Assembly (NCBI RefSeq): GCF_000026545.1
Contig: NC_011602.1
Length of the DNA stretch: 6,147 bases
Source: Escherichia coli O127:H6 str. E2348/69
GTDB taxonomy: Bacteria; Pseudomonadota; Gammaproteobacteria; Enterobacterales; Enterobacteriaceae
Strand: one strand, 5' to 3'
Shown: positions 1-5,470 of the stretch, piece by piece
Layout of the letters: every line of letters starts with the position of its first letter
How positions within the stretch are numbered: position 1 is the first letter of the stretch
Made by a program: the position numbers and the translations under genes
The notes under the pieces: model-generated
Told to the model about the DNA's origin: nothing
What the model saw: only the letters and a program-made list of their open reading frames with translations
Database searches by the model: none

Positions 1-140
1 GATATATTTATTTCCAAAATGCTACAGATACATCATCATGAAACGGATCACCGCAAACAGGTTACTCGCCTGGGGATTCCCTTTCGACCCGAGCATCCGT
101 ATGAGACTCATGCTCGATTATTATTATTATAGAAGCCCCC

Positions 141-956
141 ATGAATAAATCGCTCATCATTTTCGGCATCGTCAACATAACCTCGGACAGTTTCTCCGAT
201 GGAGGCCGGTATCTGGCGCCAGACGCAGCCATTGCGCAGGCGCGTAAGCTGATGGCCGAGGGGGCAGATGTGATCGACCTCGGTCCGGCATCCAGCAATC
301 CCGACGCCGCGCCTGTTTCGTCCGACACAGAAATCGCGCGTATCGCGCCGGTGCTGGACGCGCTCAAGGCAGATGGCATTCCCGTCTCGCTCGACAGTTA
401 TCAACCCGCGACGCAAGCCTATGCCTTGTCGCGTGGTGTGGCCTATCTCAATGATATTCGCGGTTTTCCAGACGCTGCGTTCTATCCGCAATTGGCGAAA
501 TCATCTGCCAAACTCGTCGTTATGCATTCGGTGCAAGACGGGCAGGCAGATCGGCGCGAGGCACCCGCTGGCGACATCATGGATCACATTGCGGCGTTCT
601 TTGACGCGCGCATCGCGGCGCTGACGGGTGCCGGTATCAAACGCAACCGCCTTGTCCTTGATCCCGGCATGGGGTTTTTTCTGGGGGCTGCTCCCGAAAC
701 CTCGCTCTCGGTGCTGGCGCGGTTCGATGAATTGCGGCTGCGCTTCGATTTGCCGGTGCTTCTGTCTGTTTCGCGCAAATCCTTTCTGCGCGCGCTCACA
801 GGCCGTGGTCCGGGGGATGTCGGGGCCGCGACACTCGCTGCAGAGCTTGCCGCCGCCGCAGGTGGAGCTGACTTCATCCGCACACACGAGCCGCGCCCCT
901 TGCGCGACGGGCTGGCGGTATTGGCGGCGCTGAAAGAAACCGCAAGAATTCGTTAA
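141..956 (+). CDS. sul2: Sulfonamide-resistant dihydropteroate synthase Sul2
   Basis: 271-aa ORF, ATG at 141 and TAA at 954-956. The translation (MNKSLIIFGIVNITSDSFSDGG ... LAALKETARIR) matches Sul2 as I recall it over the full length. GC-rich relative to the backbone. Confidence 0.96.
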   Translation: MNKSLIIFGIVNITSDSFSDGGRYLAPDAAIAQARKLMAEGADVIDLGPASSNPDAAPVSSDTEIARIAPVLDALKADGIPVSLDSYQPATQAYALSRGVAYLNDIRGFPDAAFYPQLAKSSAKLVVMHSVQDGQADRREAPAGDIMDHIAAFFDARIAALTGAGIKRNRLVLDPGMGFFLGAAPETSLSVLARFDELRLRFDLPVLLSVSRKSFLRALTGRGPGDVGAATLAAELAAAAGGADFIRTHEPRPLRDGLAVLAALKETARIR

Positions 957-1016
957 CTGCACATTCGGGATATTTCTCTATATTCGCGCTTCATCAGAAA
1001 ACTGAAGGAACCTCCA

Positions 1017-1820
1017 TTGAATCGAACTAATATTTTTTTTGGTGAATCGCATTCTGACTGGTTGCCTGTCAGAGGCGGAGAATCTGGTGATTTTGTTTTT
1101 CGACGTGGTGACGGGCATGCCTTCGCGAAAATCGCACCTGCTTCCCGCCGCGGTGAGCTCGCTGGAGAGCGTGACCGCCTCATTTGGCTCAAAGGTCGAG
1201 GTGTGGCTTGCCCCGAGGTCATCAACTGGCAGGAGGAACAGGAGGGTGCATGCTTGGTGATAACGGCAATTCCGGGAGTACCGGCGGCTGATCTGTCTGG
1301 AGCGGATTTGCTCAAAGCGTGGCCGTCAATGGGGCAGCAACTTGGCGCTGTTCACAGCCTATCGGTTGATCAATGTCCGTTTGAGCGCAGGCTGTCGCGA
1401 ATGTTCGGACGCGCCGTTGATGTGGTGTCCCGCAATGCCGTCAATCCCGACTTCTTACCGGACGAGGACAAGAGTACGCCGCAGCTCGATCTTTTGGCTC
1501 GTGTCGAACGAGAGCTACCGGTGCGGCTCGACCAAGAGCGCACCGATATGGTTGTTTGCCATGGTGATCCCTGCATGCCGAACTTCATGGTGGACCCTAA
1601 AACTCTTCAATGCACGGGTCTGATCGACCTTGGGCGGCTCGGAACAGCAGATCGCTATGCCGATTTGGCACTCATGATTGCTAACGCCGAAGAGAACTGG
1701 GCAGCGCCAGATGAAGCAGAGCGCGCCTTCGCTGTCCTATTCAATGTATTGGGGATCGAAGCCCCCGACCGCGAACGCCTTGCCTTCTATCTGCGATTGG
1801 ACCCTCTGACTTGGGGTTGA
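1017..1820 (+). CDS. strA: Aminoglycoside 3''-phosphotransferase APH(3'')-Ib (streptomycin resistance, StrA)
   Basis: 267-aa ORF with a TTG start at 1017 preceded by GAAGGAAC; translation MNRTNIFFGESHSDWLPVRGG ... matches StrA from memory. Sits 60 bp downstream of sul2, as in the RSF1010-type cluster. Stop TGA at 1818-1820. Confidence 0.95.
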   Translation: MNRTNIFFGESHSDWLPVRGGESGDFVFRRGDGHAFAKIAPASRRGELAGERDRLIWLKGRGVACPEVINWQEEQEGACLVITAIPGVPAADLSGADLLKAWPSMGQQLGAVHSLSVDQCPFERRLSRMFGRAVDVVSRNAVNPDFLPDEDKSTPQLDLLARVERELPVRLDQERTDMVVCHGDPCMPNFMVDPKTLQCTGLIDLGRLGTADRYADLALMIANAEENWAAPDEAERAFAVLFNVLGIEAPDRERLAFYLRLDPLTWG

Positions 1821-2656
1821 TGTTCATGCCGCCTGTTTTTCCTGCTCATTGGCACGTTTCGCAACCTGTTCTCATTGCGGACACCTTTTCCAGCCTCGTT
1901 TGGAAAGTTTCATTGCCAGACGGGACTCCTGCAATCGTCAAGGGATTGAAACCTATAGAAGACATTGCTGATGAACTGCGCGGGGCCGACTATCTGGTAT
2001 GGCGCAATGGGAGGGGAGCAGTCCGGTTGCTCGGTCGTGAGAACAATCTGATGTTGCTCGAATATGCCGGGGAGCGAATGCTCTCTCACATCGTTGCCGA
2101 GCACGGCGACTACCAGGCGACCGAAATTGCAGCGGAACTAATGGCGAAGCTGTATGCCGCATCTGAGGAACCCCTGCCTTCTGCCCTTCTCCCGATCCGG
2201 GATCGCTTTGCAGCTTTGTTTCAGCGGGCGCGCGATGATCAAAACGCAGGTTGTCAAACTGACTACGTCCACGCGGCGATTATAGCCGATCAAATGATGA
2301 GCAATGCCTCGGAACTGCGTGGGCTACATGGCGATCTGCATCATGAAAACATCATGTTCTCCAGTCGCGGCTGGCTGGTGATAGATCCCGTCGGTCTGGT
2401 CGGTGAAGTGGGCTTTGGCGCCGCCAATATGTTCTACGATCCGGCTGACAGAGACGACCTTTGTCTCGATCCTAGACGCATTGCACAGATGGCGGACGCA
2501 TTCTCTCGTGCGCTGGACGTCGATCCGCGTCGCCTGCTCGACCAGGCGTACGCTTATGGGTGCCTTTCCGCAGCTTGGAACGCGGATGGAGAAGAGGAGC
2601 AACGCGATCTAGCTATCGCGGCCGCGATCAAGCAGGTGCGACAGACGTCATACTAG
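1820..2656 (+). CDS. strB: Aminoglycoside 6-phosphotransferase APH(6)-Id (streptomycin resistance, StrB)
   Basis: 278-aa product starting MFMPPVFPAHWHVSQ at ATG 1820, which overlaps the strA stop by 1 bp (TGATG), suggesting translational coupling. The ORF track extends the frame to a TTG at 1811, but the canonical StrB N-terminus supports 1820. Stop TAG at 2654-2656. Confidence 0.94.
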   Translation: MFMPPVFPAHWHVSQPVLIADTFSSLVWKVSLPDGTPAIVKGLKPIEDIADELRGADYLVWRNGRGAVRLLGRENNLMLLEYAGERMLSHIVAEHGDYQATEIAAELMAKLYAASEEPLPSALLPIRDRFAALFQRARDDQNAGCQTDYVHAAIIADQMMSNASELRGLHGDLHHENIMFSSRGWLVIDPVGLVGEVGFGAANMFYDPADRDDLCLDPRRIAQMADAFSRALDVDPRRLLDQAYAYGCLSAAWNADGEEEQRDLAIAAAIKQVRQTSY

Positions 2657-3167
2657 ATATCAAGCGACTTCTCCTATCCCCTGGGAACACATCAATCTCA
2701 CCGGAGAATATCGCTGGCCAAAGCCTTAGCGTAGGATTCCGCCCCTTCCCGCAAACGACCCCAAACAGGAAACGCAGCTGAAACGGGAAGCTCAACACCC
2801 ACTGACGCATGGGTTGTTCAGGCAGTACTTCATCAACCAGCAAGGCGGCACTTTCGGCCATCCGCCGCGCCCCACAGCTCGGGCAGAAACCGCGACGCTT
2901 ACAGCTGAAAGCGACCAGGTGCTCGGCGTGGCAAGACTCGCAGCGAACCCGTAGAAAGCCATGCTCCAGCCGCCCGCATTGGAGAAATTCTTCAAATTCC
3001 CGTTGCACATAGCCCGGCAATTCCTTTCCCTGCTCTGCCATAAGCGCAGCGAATGCCGGGTAATACTCGTCAACGATCTGATAGAGAAGGGTTTGCTCGG
3101 GTCGGTGGCTCTGGTAACGACCAGTATCCCGATCCCGGCTGGCCGTCCTGGCCGCCACATGAGGCAT
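2628..3167 (-). mobile_element. IS91-family (ISCR-like) rolling-circle transposase, 5' fragment only (N-terminal zinc-binding domain; catalytic HUH/Tyr domain absent)
   Basis: The minus-strand ORF starts at ATG (complement of 3165-3167) and encodes ...RPEQTLLYQIVDEYYPAF...CGRLEHGFLRVRCESCHAEHLVAFSCKRRGFCPSCGARRMAESAALLVDEVLPEQPMRQWVLSFPFQLR, the conserved N-terminal Cys-rich zinc-binding signature of IS91/ISCR transposases. Only about 540 bp are available where a full gene needs about 1.2-1.5 kb, and the reading frame runs into the 3' end of strB, so the gene is truncated. Assignment to CR2/ISCR2, the usual partner of sul2, is an inference I could not verify. The exact point where homology ends (somewhere between 2657 and about 2800) is unknown. 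Confidence 0.7.
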
Positions 3168-3186
3168 GTTCCGCGTCCTTGCAATA

Positions 3187-3202
3187 CTGTGTTTACATAC
3201 AG
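3187..3202. promoter_or_regulatory. LexA (SOS) box-like palindrome CTGTGTTTACATACAG (CTGT-N8-ACAG)
   Basis: Perfect CTGT-N8-ACAG with an AT-rich spacer, flanked TA...T as in the E. coli consensus TACTGT-N8-ACAGTA. It lies about 20 bp upstream of the transposase-fragment start codon on the minus strand, and about 19 of 21 bases match the second LexA box at 3651-3666. Function unproven. Confidence 0.45.
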
Positions 3203-3210
3203 TCTATCGC

Positions 3211-3600
3211 TTAGCGGAAAGTTCTTTTACCCTCAGCCGAAATGCCTGCCGTTGCTAGACATTGCCAGCCAGTGCCCGTCACTCCCACTCTTACATTGTT
3301 CGCAGTATCTAGGTACATGTTATTGCGTGCACCTTCATGATGTATAATGTTATTAATGACAGCAGAAAGATCGACAGAATTAATATTCTTCGTACCTGGG
3401 ACAGTTATCGGGTGTCGGCCAGTGATGAGACCAAAGGATGCAGTATAAGATGAACCACTACTATTATCATGGCCACCATTACCACCACCGTTAAAACTAC
3501 CTCCCGAACTTCCAGAGCCGCTATGACCATCATTGTAGGGGTCATTTGGTCCCATGTGACCAAAACCACCGACAGTACCGCTATTTAACTCTGTACTCAT
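3211..3600 (-). CDS. Glycine/serine-rich 129-aa protein of unknown function; colicin-like disordered N-terminus; SOS-box promoter
   Basis: ATG at complement of 3598-3600 with a strong RBS AGAGGA (3608-3613) 7 nt upstream. Product MSTELNSGTVGGFGHMGPNDPYNDGHSGSGSSGGSFNGGGNGGHDNSSGSS... followed by about 70 less biased residues. The ORF track starts the frame 11 codons upstream (3633), but the RBS supports 3600. The coding call is supported mainly by the RBS and promoter architecture; the product class is not established. Confidence 0.55.
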   Translation of the reverse strand: MSTELNSGTVGGFGHMGPNDPYNDGHSGSGSSGGSFNGGGNGGHDNSSGSSYTASFGLITGRHPITVPGTKNINSVDLSAVINNIIHHEGARNNMYLDTANNVRVGVTGTGWQCLATAGISAEGKRTFR

Positions 3601-3636
3601 AAAATTATCCTCTTTGACTTTTAAAAACAGCAAAAA

Positions 3637-3666
3637 CTGTATTTATAACAATGTGTTTATATACAG
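3637..3666 (-). promoter_or_regulatory. Tandem overlapping LexA boxes (colicin-type SOS operator)
   Basis: The plus strand reads CTGTATTTATAACAATGTGTTTATATACAG: box 1 at 3637-3652 (CTGT-N8-CAAT, degenerate inner half) and box 2 at 3651-3666 (ATGT-N8-ACAG), overlapping by 2 bp. This resembles the overlapping dual SOS boxes of colicin operons and sits between a candidate -10 and the RBS of the glycine-rich ORF. Confidence 0.65.
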
Positions 3667-3674
3667 TATTCGAA

Positions 3675-3704
3675 ATACTACGCCCGTCAAAACCACACCG
3701 TCAA
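3675..3704 (-). promoter_or_regulatory. Candidate sigma70 promoter for the glycine-rich ORF
   Basis: On the minus strand: -35 TTGACG (3699-3704), 18-bp spacer, -10 TAGTAT (3675-3680), immediately upstream of the LexA boxes. An alternative -35 TTGACG at 3685-3690 with -10 TACTGT would overlap box 2. Sequence-based only. Confidence 0.4.
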
Positions 3705-3817
3705 CAGGTTTTTTGTGTATTTTTCACGCCTCACGGGCAGCCTCAGACCTTTTGTGTTAAAACAGTAATATGTTCTGCTGTTACAATACGGTACACACAG
3801 GAGACACTGTCACTTTT

Positions 3818-4258
3818 ATGGCATGGCACACAGTTCAAGAGACACTGAAATTAACAGGAAAGTCGCGCTCGCAATTATATCGTGACATGGCTAAAGGCCT
3901 TGTCAGCTATCGCACAGGAAAAAATGATCGCCGGGAGTTCGAGACCAGTGAACTGATTCGGGCCTATGGCGAGCTGCGCACTTCTGAGACACCAAAAAGG
4001 CACAAGGAGGGACACTCCAAATCTGTCGTTAGCCAGGCGGAAAATGCTCAGCTAGACGTCATTCAGCAGAAACTGGACGCTCTGCAGCAGACTGTTACCC
4101 TAATGCTTGAAGACAAGATGGCGCGGGAAGCAGAAAACCGCCTGCGAAATGAGGAGAGGGAACAACTACAGGCCGAAATTAGCCGTCTGGCTGACGCGCT
4201 GGCACAGGAAAAAAAGCGGGGATTCTGGTCGCGGCTGTTTCGCTCCGGTTCAGAGTAA
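3818..4258 (+). CDS. Putative helix-turn-helix DNA-binding protein with C-terminal coiled coil (146 aa; function unknown)
   Basis: ORF with stop TAA at 4256-4258. The preferred start is ATG 3818 (MAWHTVQETLKLTGKSRSQLYRDMAKGLV...), preceded by AGGAG at 3799-3803 (14-nt spacing, longer than ideal) and an extended -10 TGtTACAAT at 3778-3787. An alternative in-frame ATG at 3770 gives 162 aa. The N-terminus looks like an AlpA/excisionase/MerR-like HTH; the C-terminal roughly 70 aa are heptad-like and rich in charged residues and Gln/Leu (...LDALQQTVTLMLEDKMAREAENRLRNEEREQLQAEISRLADALAQEKK) with a basic amphipathic tail. Confidence 0.55.
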   Translation: MAWHTVQETLKLTGKSRSQLYRDMAKGLVSYRTGKNDRREFETSELIRAYGELRTSETPKRHKEGHSKSVVSQAENAQLDVIQQKLDALQQTVTLMLEDKMAREAENRLRNEEREQLQAEISRLADALAQEKKRGFWSRLFRSGSE

Positions 4259-4852
4259 CAGTGCAGGTGACTCTGATTTACCATAACATCTGTTATCAGC
4301 ACCGCCTGAGAGGCCCTCAGGGCGTTTCTGACGGGAAACCGGTAAAACAGGCAACAAACCACCCGAAAACCCGCCAGAAACGCGCAGGCTCTGTTTTTAC
4401 GGCATGCATGAGTATGCGCACAAGTGCATAGCGCGGAAATTCACACCATTCAGCCGGGGTAAGTCCTGTTTCCGGCGTTCTTCCCATCCGAAAACGGTGA
4501 ACGGGGACGCAATTTATTGCGTGGCCGTGAAGCGTTGCCGGCGCAGCCGGAAAACCCGCTGTCAGCACGTTCAGGAAGGGGGTGATGTACAAATGGCACA
4601 GAGGATGAAAGTGACGTATGAGCTGAAGGAGCGATGTAATTCTGTAGTCAGGAAGAATAACCCGTTCATGCAGGCATGAACGATACAGTGAGGAACGCTT
4701 TTTTTGTCACGATCTCCCCTTAACCTGCGTAAATCACCCGCCATGGTTGATTATTTTTCAACCTCAAAATGGTCATACACCTAACGCAGCCGCGATTTTC
4801 ATCGCAACTGCATGAATTAAAAGAAAAAAAAGGAATATTTCGTTTTCACGAG

Positions 4853-4926
4853 TAATACCCGGGTATTAAAAATCCACTGTAATTACATGAAAATAAAGAA
4901 ATAAAAGGTAATACCGGAGTATTACC
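4853..4926. repeat. Cluster of related palindromes: TAATAC-N4-GTATTA twice, plus TGTAATTACA
   Basis: P1 at 4853-4868 is TAATACCCGGGTATTA, a perfect 16-bp palindrome. P2 at 4907-4926 is GGTAATACCGGAGTATTACC, 8-bp arms around CGGA. Both share half-sites TAATAC / GTATTA separated by 4 bp, with centres about 56 bp apart. P3 at 4878-4887 is TGTAATTACA, a perfect 10-bp palindrome in the AT-rich spacer. On the minus strand P2 is followed by TTTTATTTCTTTATTT and so may also act as an intrinsic terminator for the 4950-5099 ORF. Confidence 0.5.
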
Positions 4927-4949
4927 ACGTACGCGGGCAAGCGAAAAAG

Positions 4950-5099
4950 CTATAACGCTTCCCGGCCGACAGGCGACCCAAAATCCACAGGGGCATGCAG
5001 GTTCTCTTCAGTAACCTGCGCCATTAAATCAAAAAGGTCATATTCGCCGGGAAGCTGCGTATCAGTCGAATCCAGTTGTTCATCATATTCAGATGGCAT
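4950..5099 (-). CDS. Hypothetical small acidic protein (49 aa), next to bom/oriT
   Basis: Hand-translated minus-strand ORF, absent from the ORF track (probably below its length cutoff): MPSEYDEQLDSTDTQLPGEYDLFDLMAQVTEENLHAPVDFGSPVGREAL. ATG at complement of 5097-5099, stop at 4950-4952. No clear Shine-Dalgarno. The terminator-like hairpin P2 with a T-run lies 23 nt downstream. Coding status is uncertain. Confidence 0.25.
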   Translation of the reverse strand: MPSEYDEQLDSTDTQLPGEYDLFDLMAQVTEENLHAPVDFGSPVGREAL

Positions 5100-5125
5100 G
5101 GGGTGATATCCAGTAGCTGAGAGGT

Positions 5126-5200
5126 TGTTAGCGGGTTTCGGGGCGCAGCCCTGAACCAGTCATGTAGCGCTAGCGGAGTGTATACTGGCTTACTATGTTG
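5126..5200 (+). other. ColE1-type bom/oriT (basis of mobility) site
   Basis: ...CGGGGCGCAGCCCTGAACCAGTCATGTAGCGCTAGCGGAGTGTATACTGGCTTACTATG closely resembles the pBR322/ColE1 bom region as recalled (GGGGCGCAGCCATGACCCAGTCACGTAGCGATAGCGGAGTGTATACTGGCTTAACTATG). The nick is expected near the conserved TATACTGGCTTA motif (5181-5192). No cognate mob/mbe relaxase gene is present in the window. Confidence 0.6.
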
Positions 5201-5399
5201 CCACGATTGCGAAAATCAGTGAAGTGCTTCATGTGGCAGGAGAAAAAAGGCAGCACCGGCGCGTCAGCAGAATATGCGATACAGGAGATATTCCGCTTCC
5301 TCGCTCACTGACTCGCTACGCTCGGTCGTTCGGCTGCGGCGAGCGGTACCGGCTTACGGACGGGGACGGAAATTTCCTGGAAGATACCAGGAAGACACT

Positions 5400-5470
5400 T
5401 AGCAAAGAAGAGATAAGGCCACGGCGAAGCCGTTTTTCCATAGGCTCCGCCCCCCTGACAAGCATCGCAA
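5400..5470 (-). other. ColE1/p15A-type origin of replication (RNA-DNA transition region)
   Basis: AAGCCGTTTTTCCATAGGCTCCGCCCCCCTGACAAGCATC matches the conserved ori core of p15A/pMB1 replicons as recalled. It lies about 520-550 nt downstream of the inferred RNA II start, on the minus strand. Leading-strand replication is inferred to proceed leftward. Confidence 0.6.

Noticed and set aside
62-962. Six overlapping ORFs (62-379, 108-491 and 501-962, 584-883 on minus; 373-624, 628-933 on plus) within sul2
   Set aside because: They lie antisense or out of frame inside the well-supported sul2 CDS. The high GC of this segment produces long spurious frames, and their products are Arg/Ala/Pro-rich low-complexity sequences with no start context.
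953-1623. ORFs 953-1315 (-), 1039-1260 (+), 1342-1623 (+), 1370-1588 (-) overlapping strA
   Set aside because: Alternative-frame or antisense ORFs inside strA with no RBS and no recognisable features; the strA frame accounts for the region.
1910-2612. ORFs 1910-2104 (-), 1953-2162 (-), 2324-2602 (-), 2403-2612 (+) overlapping strB
   Set aside because: Same reasoning: internal to the intact strB reading frame.
2657-2800. Expected Tn5393/Tn3-family terminal inverted repeat downstream of strB
   Set aside because: I looked for a GGGGTCGTCTCAGAAAACGG-type terminal repeat after strB and did not find one; the sequence instead continues into the IS91-like reading frame.
2560-3347. ORFs 2560-2781 (+), 2792-3184 (-), 2809-3012 (+), 2961-3347 (+) overlapping the transposase fragment
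   Set aside because: Only the 2628-3167 minus frame carries the IS91-family zinc-binding signature; the others are shadow frames with Cys/Arg/Ser-rich products.
3651-3848. ORF 3651-3848 (+), 65 aa
   Set aside because: It spans the LexA boxes and promoter region and overlaps the start of the HTH gene in another frame; no RBS; more parsimonious as a regulatory region.
4304-4330. Possible intrinsic terminator after the HTH gene (stem CCTGAG / CTCAGG, 4305-4321)
   Set aside because: Only a 6-bp stem followed by GCGTTTCTG, with no proper U-tract. Termination may be factor-dependent or elsewhere, so it is not annotated as a feature.
4063-4362. ORF 4063-4362 (-), 99 aa
   Set aside because: Antisense to the 3' half of the HTH gene; Cys/Ser/Arg-rich product typical of a shadow frame.
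4317-4679. ORFs 4317-4592 (-) and 4404-4679 (+), 91 aa each
   Set aside because: They overlap each other on opposite strands, have Cys/Arg-rich products and no convincing RBS. The region is more likely noncoding or decayed sequence; remnants of mob genes cannot be excluded without a search.
4680-5160. rom/rop gene and cer-type XerCD multimer-resolution site
   Set aside because: No Rom-like 63-aa helical ORF was found, and no match to the XerC/XerD core (GGTGCG-N-ATAA ... TTATGTTAAAT-type). The palindrome cluster at 4853-4926 does not resemble cer, dif or psi.
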